IMG/VR virus record: IMGVR_UViG_3300013114_000583
Coordinates: 75,835-139,834 of that record
From: a virus
Reading direction: 5' to 3' (one strand)
Length of the DNA: 64,000 bases
The translations under genes were made by a program, and so were the position numbers. The notes under the pieces were generated by a model, which made no database searches, was not told the DNA's origin, and worked only from the letters and a program-made list of their open reading frames with translations. How positions within the stretch are numbered: position 1 is the stretch's first letter; each line of letters begins with the position of its first letter. This document shows positions 1 to 9,157 of this stretch, one piece after another.

Positions 1-767
1 TTAAAAAAAACATCTCTACTATAATTCAACTCAAGTCTCTCATTCTTTATATATTCTACATAATTTTCCCACGAATTGCAAGAAAAATAATCATTCACCT
101 CTATTTTTTTATACTCGCGGGGACGCGGGATGTTCTTAAATTGTAGCCCAGGAGTTTTAAAATACTTATTATCTTTTTTTAAAGAAATAATTGTTTGTTT
201 TATATAATCCGACTTAAGACAAGCACCTAAATACAAATTATCAAATATGTCACCTTCACGATAGGTAATAAGGTAATTATCATCCTCTAGCAAATTCAAG
301 CGATGATATTTTATTGTTTCGATATCGTATAAACCATAGCAAAAAGAAATATAATATTTTTTAGGAACAAGCCATCTAGATAACTTATTGGAAAAATGAT
401 ACACAGCCAGGACGGTATTCATGAAATCCCACGCTACACCACTTCTTCTCAACTTATCTTTGGGGTGCACACAATAATAATATAAAGGTATCATGACCCT
501 ATTATCTCTTGGAAATTTTGTGTAATTAGATTTATTTAAATTCACGGGATCTCGAACAAAATCCCCCAACCTCTCTCTAACAAGAGGCTGCATCAATTCA
601 TCACAGCAAATCCAAATAGAGCTGCAGCCGGCGAATGCACACTCCAAGACAGAACCTTCAATAGAAGTTAAATTCTCGCTAATTCTTTGTAACGACGGAT
701 GCCACGGAAAATTATTTTCCAGATTATAGACCGAAGTAATAACAACACCAACAGGTTTACTCTTCAT
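1..767 (-). CDS. Hypothetical protein, degenerate nucleotidyltransferase (NTP-transferase)-like fold; runs off the window end
   Basis: Not in the ORF track because it has no stop in the window. Hand-translated from ATG at 767, which overlaps the stop of the upstream gene: MKSKPVGVVITSVYNLENNFPWHPSLQRISENLTSIEGSVLECAFAGCSSIWICCDELMQPLVRERLGD..., open for 255 codons. The N-terminal strand and 'LECAFAGCSSIWI' resemble the RmlA/GlmU N-terminus without the GGxGTR motif. Confidence 0.6.
   Translation of the reverse strand, partial: MKSKPVGVVITSVYNLENNFPWHPSLQRISENLTSIEGSVLECAFAGCSSIWICCDELMQPLVRERLGDFVRDPVNLNKSNYTKFPRDNRVMIPLYYYCVHPKDKLRRSGVAWDFMNTVLAVYHFSNKLSRWLVPKKYYISFCYGLYDIETIKYHRLNLLEDDNYLITYREGDIFDNLYLGACLKSDYIKQTIISLKKDNKYFKTPGLQFKNIPRPREYKKIEVNDYFSCNSWENYVEYIKNERLELNYSRDVFF
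53..81 (-). promoter_or_regulatory. sigma70-like promoter TTGCAA-N17-TAGAAT, for a gene beyond the window
   Basis: Minus strand reads ttgcaa ttcgtgggaaaattatg tagaat, with a 17-nt spacer; it lies inside the 3' end of the CDS. Confidence 0.45.
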
Positions 768-1458
768 CAAAGAACCTCACCTTTTCCGTATCCTCGTATA
801 ACGAAACCCCCCTTTTAAAGATATCTCTTCTATAACAATTCAAATCTAAATTTAAATGTATCTGATTTCCTGAATTATCAAATCCATTCTTGCGTCCTAG
901 GTGCCCCAAATCAACCAACCTATTTATGAGCTTAAATTTGGCATAAGTATCGGAATATTCTAAAGAATTGAGCTGCTCTTGTGTCAAAAAAGATTTAGAT
1001 ATGCAAACCTTATTAAGTCCTGGTACGTCAAACCAGATCTTCTTCATAAAAGGTTCATCAGCATTCATCTCCGCAGTTGGCAGAAAATCTATAGAATCTA
1101 GCGTAAACCAATCATAAACTAAAAAATTCTTTTTTTCACCAATATAAGAAGAACACTTAACCACCAGATTTTCTGTATCTGTCACCAAGCATTCTTCGAA
1201 GTGCACATCAAACACCTTGTTGTTTTTTAATAAAATTGCGGCATGGTCCTCGTTTAAAGTAATGCTCCTAACCTTATTAAAAAATAATGCTTTACCGCTA
1301 ATGTTAAGGTCAAAAACCAATTTATTAAATTCCTCATGCTCTTTTTCCATAAAAAAAGGAGATGCCACGACGGTAGATACAATAAAAGAATCATCTCTTT
1401 TATTGACCTCTCTCAGGGCTCTTATACTGAAGCCAATAAATAGTTGTTTTACAAACAA
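757..1458 (-). CDS. Hypothetical protein, possibly a degenerate Rossmann-fold protein
   Basis: 233-aa ORF overlapping both neighbours; N-terminal 'LFIGFSIRAL' only loosely resembles a dinucleotide-binding strand-loop-helix. Confidence 0.55.
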   Translation of the reverse strand: MFVKQLFIGFSIRALREVNKRDDSFIVSTVVASPFFMEKEHEEFNKLVFDLNISGKALFFNKVRSITLNEDHAAILLKNNKVFDVHFEECLVTDTENLVVKCSSYIGEKKNFLVYDWFTLDSIDFLPTAEMNADEPFMKKIWFDVPGLNKVCISKSFLTQEQLNSLEYSDTYAKFKLINRLVDLGHLGRKNGFDNSGNQIHLNLDLNCYRRDIFKRGVSLYEDTEKVRFFDEE

Positions 1459-3626
1459 ATACCAAGATTCCAGTCATATAGAATCTCGCGGCGTCGGACG
1501 AGGGCGTAACCGTGATAAGGCAATGAGGGAAAATGTATCATTGCGCCGGCATCATCCCCCTCTTCTTCTTCTTCTTCTTGGCGGTTGTTGATACAGGCAG
1601 CCTCTTCAATGGCTTCCGTAATTGTATCTGTGATCTGCTGAGCATGCTGAATGCCAAAACCAGCCAATCCGTCAGAGTGCACCGCGCCGAAATCGATGAG
1701 TGGTTGATAGCTCCAGCTATTTTGAGGATTACCAATTATAAATACCATTCCATTCGCATGAGCCATGGCGCTAGCTGCAGCATGATTGTTAAACTCGGCG
1801 CCTTGCGCTTGCTCATCCCCAATGACAATAACTATGCGATGAGTGTATTCGCGGAGATCGACCTCCCACGCATCTTCGATACCCTGAATTTGTGCCGCTG
1901 GGCGGTTAGTGCTCCATAGAATGTTATCGTCGATGCCATCGTGATCCCAGTCAATTCTATCATCGGTAAAGAATTTTCCAATTGCATCTAATGTGTTCTC
2001 GGTCGAGCCCCCCTGGTTGATTGTGCCTGCTCGCAGATTTAGTCTCAAAGTATTGACAGCATTAGCCATATCTTCAATGGGCACTACTGGTGGATCTTCT
2101 ACGCCGGGGACGCAAGTGTCCCCAGGGTAGAACAAGTAAGGATCTGGCATCTCATCGTTGCCAACCACGGCTAACATATAACACACATCCACTACACCAT
2201 CATTGAATAACCTTTGTACTGAATTTCGGGTAGCATCGAATGCGATACCTAGCTCTCCCTGGTCCATGGATCCAGAGACATCCACCACCATCATAACTGC
2301 TACGCTGCCCTGTAAGAAATCTTCGTCTGCTAGGCCATCACAATCATCATCTTCTTCATTGCATCTCTCTACACCGGGGCGAATTTCTTGCTGACAGTCA
2401 AAATACCCATACTGCATTACGCCTTGAGCATCGCGGCGGGATTCGCAAAATGCGGCACCAAGGCGGCATTCGCCAGCAACATATTGGGGGCCATCTTCGC
2501 GTTGTGCATATGTTAATACCTCGTTTGTAAGTAAATCTGTGGAGCATAACATTGACAACGGGCCGCCATCCGGGCCTTCATCAATGAAACCATCACAATC
2601 TTCATCCGCGCCGTTGCACCTCTCTGGCTGAGGGACGTAATCTGGATGATCACAAGCACAGACCTCGTCAGCGAAGTCTTCGTCTATATTTCCATCACAA
2701 TCGTTGTCCATGAAATCACACAATTCACGCGGGAGGGCTCCGCATTCGCCACAAGCATTCAGTAGTCCCTCATCAATCTCGCCGTCGCAATTGTTATCAA
2801 CCCCATCACACACTTCGATAGGATCTTCTCCGCATTCTCCACAAACATTCAACAACCCCTCGTCGATGTTGCCGTCGCAGTCTTCGTCAAAATGACCGCC
2901 ATCACAGACTTCGACCGGGTCCGGGCCGCACTCACTACAGACGTTTAAAACCCCTTCGTCAGTTTGGCCATCGCAGTCATTGTCCCGCCCATCACACTCC
3001 TCAGCTGAAGGCAATATTTGCTGCTCACACGAGCCGTATTCATAATAAGTTTCAAGCCCGGCGTCGGTGGTCACGGATACTTCTCGACATACTGATATCC
3101 CAGACATACAGGTTCCCTCTTTCGAAGACCCAGGAGGCCCGGTATAACAGCTCACAAATAATATGGGGTTTTGAGGCTCAGCGAAGTTATCTGCTAAATT
3201 TTGATGGGACTCATTTATTTGTCCGTCACAGTCGTTATCTAATTCATCGCAAACCTCGGTTCTAGGAAAGTTAACAGGGTTACACTGAGACCAACTCGTT
3301 ACAAAGCAGGTTTTTTCTCCAACAGCACAGGGACCCAAAAGGCCAGGGAGTTGACACTCTTCTCTCAGACCCAATCGTTCACAAATTTGTGGTGGGGAGG
3401 CATCGAGCTGAGCATCGGGTGGGGATGCGTCCCATTGATACACCACTCTAGAATCTTGCGAAATTGTGCCGGCGGTGGAATCATCAACAATGGAATCGCG
3501 AGTGGTGATGAGGCGGGGTGGTGCATCCTGTTGCGCATCAACTAACAGGGGCGAAGAGGTGTTGTCAGAGCACGCCGTGGTGAGGGCCCAAACAGCGCAT
3601 AAGGCTATTTTTATTTTATGTTTCAT
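1449..3626 (-). CDS. Lipoprotein with Cys/Asp-rich 'CDGxDNDCDGxxDE' repeats and a C-terminal vWA (MIDAS) domain
   Basis: Signal peptide with lipobox (..ALTTA-C19); about 7 repeats of ExCD/NxxDxDCDGxxDE; vWA MIDAS 'VVDVSGSM', 'GGSTENTLDAI' and 'IVIVIGDE'. Confidence 0.8.
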   Translation of the reverse strand: MKHKIKIALCAVWALTTACSDNTSSPLLVDAQQDAPPRLITTRDSIVDDSTAGTISQDSRVVYQWDASPPDAQLDASPPQICERLGLREECQLPGLLGPCAVGEKTCFVTSWSQCNPVNFPRTEVCDELDNDCDGQINESHQNLADNFAEPQNPILFVSCYTGPPGSSKEGTCMSGISVCREVSVTTDAGLETYYEYGSCEQQILPSAEECDGRDNDCDGQTDEGVLNVCSECGPDPVEVCDGGHFDEDCDGNIDEGLLNVCGECGEDPIEVCDGVDNNCDGEIDEGLLNACGECGALPRELCDFMDNDCDGNIDEDFADEVCACDHPDYVPQPERCNGADEDCDGFIDEGPDGGPLSMLCSTDLLTNEVLTYAQREDGPQYVAGECRLGAAFCESRRDAQGVMQYGYFDCQQEIRPGVERCNEEDDDCDGLADEDFLQGSVAVMMVVDVSGSMDQGELGIAFDATRNSVQRLFNDGVVDVCYMLAVVGNDEMPDPYLFYPGDTCVPGVEDPPVVPIEDMANAVNTLRLNLRAGTINQGGSTENTLDAIGKFFTDDRIDWDHDGIDDNILWSTNRPAAQIQGIEDAWEVDLREYTHRIVIVIGDEQAQGAEFNNHAAASAMAHANGMVFIIGNPQNSWSYQPLIDFGAVHSDGLAGFGIQHAQQITDTITEAIEEAACINNRQEEEEEEGDDAGAMIHFPSLPYHGYALVRRREILYDWNLGICL

Positions 3627-4320
3627 TTAAAACTCCTTTAATTTCTTTGTAGGCGCCAACAGAGACAGGAAAATATTCTTGTACAATGTCAAGGCACGCT
3701 TTAGCCACCTGTTGGATCTCCCATTGGGCACCGGGATGAAGTCTTAACATCACAAACTTCATAAGGTTATGAAGACTAACCGTGCCATAATACTGAGTGT
3801 ACATGTTTTGCGGAAGTACGCCCCTGGCTTGTTCTCGGCAGACACCATGACGCAGCAAACTATTATAAAGTGAGACACATTGTGTGTGATGTTGTTTGAC
3901 GGCATCACAAGCTTTATCGTAACCATTAATTAGTCCTGATAAAGTCGGGTTAACCAACTCTGGATTGCTAGCTTGTCTGTTAGAGAGGTGTTGGGTCCTA
4001 AAAAACTTTGGTTCATAAAACTGCAGATTTAGACTTGTATATCTTCTACTTATCTCATTATAAGCCCAAGTTCGGTGACGATGATGCTGGGATCTTACAT
4101 AAAGAGGTACCGTGAAGCGTAATGTAACAGAGCAGTGCTCAAAAGGACTTGTGTGATCGTTGGAAATCAAATATTTTATTAACTTAATATCGCTTTCATC
4201 TAGTTCTGTCTTTTCTACAGCGAAAGAAACACGAGCAGCGTTAACAACAGAGAGGTCGTCTCCCATGTGTGCAACATACTCAACTGCACCGATATTGTCT
4301 TCAAATAAATCAATCCTCAT
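3616..4320 (-). CDS. thyX: Flavin-dependent thymidylate synthase ThyX
   Basis: Motifs 'VVNAARVSF', 'HTSPFEH', 'RSQHHRHRTWAYNEISRRY', 'REQARGVLP', 'LRLHPGAQWEI'. Start placed at ATG 4320 (MRIDLF); the ORF track extends it to 4341. Confidence 0.93.
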   Translation of the reverse strand: MRIDLFEDNIGAVEYVAHMGDDLSVVNAARVSFAVEKTELDESDIKLIKYLISNDHTSPFEHCSVTLRFTVPLYVRSQHHRHRTWAYNEISRRYTSLNLQFYEPKFFRTQHLSNRQASNPELVNPTLSGLINGYDKACDAVKQHHTQCVSLYNSLLRHGVCREQARGVLPQNMYTQYYGTVSLHNLMKFVMLRLHPGAQWEIQQVAKACLDIVQEYFPVSVGAYKEIKGVLNET

Positions 4321-4633
4321 CCAACCCCCGTAAAATGCCAAGAATATAGTTTTCTAAAATTGCATGATATTTTTTATCACTTACTACAAATTCCTCAATC
4401 ATGTTTTTATCAACTACAATCATACCTCCATCGATCTGATATCCCGTACGTAATTTTTTAAGATCCGAAGCGCAATCTGAGGCAACATTCAGAACTGTAG
4501 CCGTGATGTATCTTTCTTCTTGAGGTTTATAATCCTCGGGAAGCAAGACCGCAGTGTCTGTCTTTGATGGATAATGGGGTATAATCGTCACATATCTGTT
4601 AACAGGTTTCAAATTTTTTGAAAATTTAAACAC
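4310..4633 (-). CDS. GroES/gp31-like co-chaperonin
   Basis: 107 aa; 'LKPVNRYVTI..AVLLPED..ATVLNV..ILENYILGIL' follows the GroES pattern (LKPLxDRVlv..GIILP..VVAVG..lrEsDILAv). Confidence 0.7.
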   Translation of the reverse strand: MFKFSKNLKPVNRYVTIIPHYPSKTDTAVLLPEDYKPQEERYITATVLNVASDCASDLKKLRTGYQIDGGMIVVDKNMIEEFVVSDKKYHAILENYILGILRGLDED

Positions 4634-4889
4634 CGGTCAAGCCCCCTTGCTTTTTTAAGTTGTTAAAGAAGTCAGTCAACTGATCCATATCAGTGTCCGA
4701 CTTCAGCAGCCGATAGGCCTTAACAGCCAGCCTCATCTCTTCTTTTGAAAGCCACCCATTTTCATGATAGCTTTCTCTCAAGTCTCTTTTCTGATCCTTG
4801 AAGGGCTCCATGGCTGTTTCAATCGCTGCGACAGACCTTATGTAGCCCCTAATTCTTTCCTCTGTGGTTATCTCTTTTTCTTCACTCAT
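4626..4889 (-). CDS. Small dsDNA-binding protein, GapR/T4 DsbA-like
   Basis: 87-aa helical protein; 'IRGYIRSVAAIE..KRDLRESYHENGW..MRLAVKAYRL' resembles the GapR/DsbA pattern; strong SD AAAGGAG. Confidence 0.55.
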   Translation of the reverse strand: MSEEKEITTEERIRGYIRSVAAIETAMEPFKDQKRDLRESYHENGWLSKEEMRLAVKAYRLLKSDTDMDQLTDFFNNLKKQGGLTGV

Positions 4890-4909
4890 ATTGAGCTCCT
4901 TTCTATTTT

Positions 4910-4938
4910 AGAATAACAAAAATTCTTCCAATTGTCAA
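4910..4938 (-). promoter_or_regulatory. Near-consensus sigma70 promoter TTGACA-N17-TATTCT with extended -10 TG
   Basis: Minus strand reads ttgaca attggaagaatttttgt tattct, about 20 nt upstream of the 87-aa gene start. Confidence 0.75.
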
Positions 4939-4943
4939 ATACT

Positions 4944-6806
4944 TTATACATGTTTTATTTCACATAAGCCGCCGCTACAAGCAATTTCACCGGATAAATC
5001 CGTGTTATCTTCATTTTCAATGATCTTCGTGAGATCAATTTCCTTTAGCAACTGCACGCCAACATCATAAGTTTCCTTTGAGCAAGTTTCAAACGGAGCT
5101 TGTGTATACGTTCCCCCGTCATAAGGAAGAACCGACAAGCCATTATAATAATTTCTATTATCCCACATCCACTCGCCGACGTCGGCCCACTCTGCATCCT
5201 TTATGGAAACAGTCGCAGACACATTGTGTGTATTTTGCCCCTTTTGAAACCCAGGCAGCACCCAGCCCTCAGTGACGGCCTTAACTCTCTTCAATAATTG
5301 CAAAGCAGACTCAGATCTCAAAGTAGCCCCAGAAGGAGCAGATTGAGGGACTGTGATAACTGATGTTGTGTGTGGACTAAAGTACTCATCCTCTATCAAC
5401 TCTGGGTGTTTAGCGTTTAAAAATTGATAAATTGTTTCGTTTTTATTAACGCGGAGGCGCCTAACATAATACTCATCATGCCAAGCATGAATCCCTGAAG
5501 ACGTCCCCAGAACCAAAGAAGTGGTGCCGGCAGGCTTTACGCACGTTGTTCGAGCGGCAAAGCGAATACCAATCTGGCTAGCAACTCTCCTATTTTCTTT
5601 TTTGACTTCCAAAGCTGCAGAAACGAGGTCGAGATCCAGAACCTTACCGGAAGCAATACCAGTCATAGACACACCTATGAGGGCGTCTTTCTCTGTTGTA
5701 GTTTTCCAAATGTCTCTCAAATAGTGAAAGTCAGTATAACTAGCCTGTAAGGTTCCTATAAATGCGGCTGCGCGGCAACGGTCTTCAAGATCTTCCTGGC
5801 TTTCTATGTTTGATACATTAACCTCTGTAAGATTACAAAATTGATTTGGCCTTAAACCAATTTCACAACATGGGTTTGTGCCCCAATCTTTATCATTCGA
5901 AAAATAAAACCCCGGTTCGCCAGCGCCGGAGGCGCGTACCCTATCCCACAGCGACATGAAATACTCTTTATCTATTTTATGCCTCAACAAAACTACAGAG
6001 TTGTTGGCTCGGCCTCGCTGAGGGTTGGTTTCCCACCAATTGCCGGTTTTGGCCGAAATCATTTCTTGATCATCCGCAGAGAACAAAGATATCAATGCCG
6101 CGCGGCGAATTCCGCCCGCTAGAACAGCATCCGCGACATGACACATCATATCATGAACCTCTATTGGCTGCAACTTATCTCCGTTTTCCTTTTCAGAAAG
6201 AATTCCTTCTAATTTTACCAAACATTCTCGCAACGGCTGAGGGCCGGGGGCCTTGCCGCCAGAAGTTACTAGGCGGGCGCCTTTTGGGCGAACATCAGAG
6301 TAATCAAATCGCAGCCTTGGTCCTCCGGTAAAGTAACTTCTAACTAAAGCTTTAACCGCGTCGGACCAGCCTTCTATAGAGTCGCCAACCAAGAATCTGC
6401 GTGTTCTTTTAGAGCTTGGAGAGTGTATTTCTGGCAACTTGTTTGTGTGGTGGGCCTGGACGCTATAACCCACCCCTGTTCCACCCAATAACAAAAACAT
6501 TGCTTCACCAAAAGCACGCCAATCATCCACAGGCATATAGGCGCAATTAAAAATCCTGTTTGGCGCAACTTCTATAGGCTTTCCGCCGAATTGCATAGAC
6601 CTCATGGAAGGCAAAACTTTCTTTTCGTAAACAAGCTTATAAGCCTTATGTATCTGTAACTCAAGTTGAGGAAATTTCTTAAGGTGCATATTAAGGTTCC
6701 TGGTTACAAGCTCCTGCCATGTTTCCCTTCTATTCTTCTCTTCTAAAAATCTAGCATACTTCATATAAACTGTTATATCAGACAATATCTTGTTTTCTAC
6801 ATTCAT
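4944..6806 (-). CDS. nrdJ: Class II (adenosylcobalamin-dependent) ribonucleotide reductase, monomeric type
   Basis: Motifs 'PSMRS..FNC', 'GTGVG', 'GGIRRAALI', catalytic 'TNPCCEI', 'QFCNLTE', 'TTCVKPAGT' and C-terminal 'ACSGGLCEI'; no small subunit nearby. Confidence 0.9.
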   Translation of the reverse strand: MNVENKILSDITVYMKYARFLEEKNRRETWQELVTRNLNMHLKKFPQLELQIHKAYKLVYEKKVLPSMRSMQFGGKPIEVAPNRIFNCAYMPVDDWRAFGEAMFLLLGGTGVGYSVQAHHTNKLPEIHSPSSKRTRRFLVGDSIEGWSDAVKALVRSYFTGGPRLRFDYSDVRPKGARLVTSGGKAPGPQPLRECLVKLEGILSEKENGDKLQPIEVHDMMCHVADAVLAGGIRRAALISLFSADDQEMISAKTGNWWETNPQRGRANNSVVLLRHKIDKEYFMSLWDRVRASGAGEPGFYFSNDKDWGTNPCCEIGLRPNQFCNLTEVNVSNIESQEDLEDRCRAAAFIGTLQASYTDFHYLRDIWKTTTEKDALIGVSMTGIASGKVLDLDLVSAALEVKKENRRVASQIGIRFAARTTCVKPAGTTSLVLGTSSGIHAWHDEYYVRRLRVNKNETIYQFLNAKHPELIEDEYFSPHTTSVITVPQSAPSGATLRSESALQLLKRVKAVTEGWVLPGFQKGQNTHNVSATVSIKDAEWADVGEWMWDNRNYYNGLSVLPYDGGTYTQAPFETCSKETYDVGVQLLKEIDLTKIIENEDNTDLSGEIACSGGLCEIKHV

Positions 6807-8179
6807 CCCTTTGATTCCTCCTTGTGTTCTTTGTAAAGGTCTTTTATTCTTTTTATCTTATCTCGTGCGCGCTGTCTTATATCCTGCTCTTGCTCCTCGC
6901 CCGTAAAAGGCTGGAGGACTTTTATTTTAACATTGCTGGTATCCATAAACACAGGATACACCAGTCCATCGGGCCCGTTTCGATTTTTTGCAATGAACAA
7001 CCGGCCACCATTCGTACTTTTATCCTCTATTGTTCTAGACAAAGAAAATATGAAATCAGCAACAAAGCATTTGTTAAATGCTTCGGAGATGGATTCCATT
7101 GTAATGACTTCAGCATTCAAACCAGATCGGTTTGTTTGAGAGGCCGTCCAAACAGGACACTCATAAATTTGGGATATCCCACGGAGCTCTTCATAAATAG
7201 TTTCTAACTGATGTCTCTTTTCTTCTTTTTTATAAGAAACAGGTTTTATTAGGTCCCCATAATCTACTATTATGACACCTGGGGAAATGCCTCGATTTTT
7301 CAACTTCTCCAGGTGCGATTTTAATGTCTGTATTGTCGCTGATCTTGTGGGATACTCTTTAACTATTAGGCGTCCCGGGATTTCTTTTATTTCTTCGTAT
7401 ATCTTCTCCTTTAGGGGTATTAAATCTTTAAGGTGAACGCCCGTGATGCAGCTATCATACCTAGAGGCAACAACGGTATCAGACAACTCTAAAGTATAAT
7501 GCACAACAGTTTTTCCACTCAACAAAGCTTGAGCGCCTAGATGCGTTAAAACCATGGATTTGCCGGCGCCAGTTGGGGCAATGACAACACCTAATTCTCC
7601 TCTCCCTAGGCCCCCCTTAAGCAGAGGATCAATGCGCGCCCAACCCGTAGAAACGGGATTCCTTGAAACCAGCTGGAACCTGGCTTCAAAATCTGTTATA
7701 TAATCGTACCCAAAATCATTTGACGTGCCTAAGTTAATGGCATCATTGATAACAGAAGCCACTTCGTCGAAAGAGGAGTTCTTTATCAGGTCCACTGATT
7801 TTATTAAAGCTTCTTTTAGTTTTTGTTTTTTACAGAAATCTAGTGATGTTCGCTTAATATAATCAGAATCATTTATTTCCCCGGAAGCAAGAACGCCAGC
7901 ATAGTAATCTCTCAGTCTGATTTTAATGGACTCAGGCTCGGACTCTAGCTCTGTCCTCAAGACCGACTTCATGATTGAAGTAGACGGGTGGACCGAATAT
8001 CTTTCCCGATAGTTCAAGATCCTTCTTATAAATACCTGTAAATATCTTAATTCAAGAAAGTTTATATCCAGAACCTCAAAAATCTGATCGGCAAATGATC
8101 GATCGACTAATATTAGGTGACACAAATTTTCTTGAAAAGACTTCCCAAATTTAGAAAAATCAATATGACCTTCTGACAT
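6803..8179 (-). CDS. Replicative DnaB-family helicase (gp41-like)
   Basis: Walker A 'APTGAGKS', 'YTLEL', 'IIVDYGDL', 'WTASQTNR', 'IAKNRNG'. Confidence 0.92.
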   Translation of the reverse strand: MSEGHIDFSKFGKSFQENLCHLILVDRSFADQIFEVLDINFLELRYLQVFIRRILNYRERYSVHPSTSIMKSVLRTELESEPESIKIRLRDYYAGVLASGEINDSDYIKRTSLDFCKKQKLKEALIKSVDLIKNSSFDEVASVINDAINLGTSNDFGYDYITDFEARFQLVSRNPVSTGWARIDPLLKGGLGRGELGVVIAPTGAGKSMVLTHLGAQALLSGKTVVHYTLELSDTVVASRYDSCITGVHLKDLIPLKEKIYEEIKEIPGRLIVKEYPTRSATIQTLKSHLEKLKNRGISPGVIIVDYGDLIKPVSYKKEEKRHQLETIYEELRGISQIYECPVWTASQTNRSGLNAEVITMESISEAFNKCFVADFIFSLSRTIEDKSTNGGRLFIAKNRNGPDGLVYPVFMDTSNVKIKVLQPFTGEEQEQDIRQRARDKIKRIKDLYKEHKEESKG

Positions 8180-9157
8180 TTATGCTGTTTCTTTCTTTCT
8201 GCTCAGAGAAATAATATTATTACAACAAATAAACAAATCGTTTAAGCCAACCTCCCCAAACCCTTCTTCTATCATCAATTTTCTCAACTCAGTTTTGTTG
8301 AAGTGGGGGCGCCAATTCTCTACTGTCTCTTTTATTTCCTCTCTAACAATAGCAGAAATCAAAGGATTTATCAATTGCATAATTTTAAAATTCAATTGAA
8401 TTTTGTCCTTCGAGTCTAAAATCTTTTGATATGTGCTAGAGCTGCTAGAGTTTTCTTGACAGTGAGTTATCACATCCTCCAAAAGCAGGCCGCGGTCTTC
8501 TGCGAGGTGAGGAAACCTTTTGCTCACAGTGGTCAAACCAACCCCCCTAACTCCTTCTAGATTATCGCTTTTGTCCCCAACAATTGATCGCGCGATGCAA
8601 AAATTACTCGGATGAATCCCGTATTTTTCCACAACTCTTTTAACATTCAAAACTTCAGATTGGGTCGGCCGAAATAAGACGGTCTTTTCATCAAGGACTT
8701 GAATAAAATCTTTGTCACTAGAGACTATAACTTTTTGCCATTCCTCAAAATAAGACAGAGACTTAACATAAGAAATGATGTCATCAGCTTCAATAGCCTC
8801 TTTCATAAATTGGAAGACAGGCACCTGATTGAGCATCTCTATTAGTTTAGTTTGTTGCCAAATCCTATTTTCAAGCTCTTGTGCGGGACTCAGCTTTTCA
8901 GAAGTCCTGTTTAACCTTCTTGGGGGTTTTCTACCCGCCTTGTAATTCTTGTTGTAAGATTTTCTTTTTTGCGACCCGCCGACACCATCCCAAACAATGC
9001 AAACAGCATCCGGTTTGATCTCCCTTGTTAATTTATTAAGGATCTTTAGAAAACCTTTGCAGCCACCAATGTGATGACCATTAGAAGATAAACTTGGATC
9101 AACAATGTACGACCTTATAAATTGATTTTGTGCATCAATTATCATTAACCTCTTCAT
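8180..9157 (-). CDS. 5'-3' exonuclease / RNase H (PolI 5'-nuclease, flap endonuclease family)
   Basis: Motifs 'LMIIDAQN', 'VWDG', 'YKAGR', 'EADDII', 'IVSSDKDFIQ' and H3TH 'GDKSDNLEGVRGVG'. Confidence 0.9.
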   Translation of the reverse strand: MKRLMIIDAQNQFIRSYIVDPSLSSNGHHIGGCKGFLKILNKLTREIKPDAVCIVWDGVGGSQKRKSYNKNYKAGRKPPRRLNRTSEKLSPAQELENRIWQQTKLIEMLNQVPVFQFMKEAIEADDIISYVKSLSYFEEWQKVIVSSDKDFIQVLDEKTVLFRPTQSEVLNVKRVVEKYGIHPSNFCIARSIVGDKSDNLEGVRGVGLTTVSKRFPHLAEDRGLLLEDVITHCQENSSSSSTYQKILDSKDKIQLNFKIMQLINPLISAIVREEIKETVENWRPHFNKTELRKLMIEEGFGEVGLNDLFICCNNIISLSRKKETA

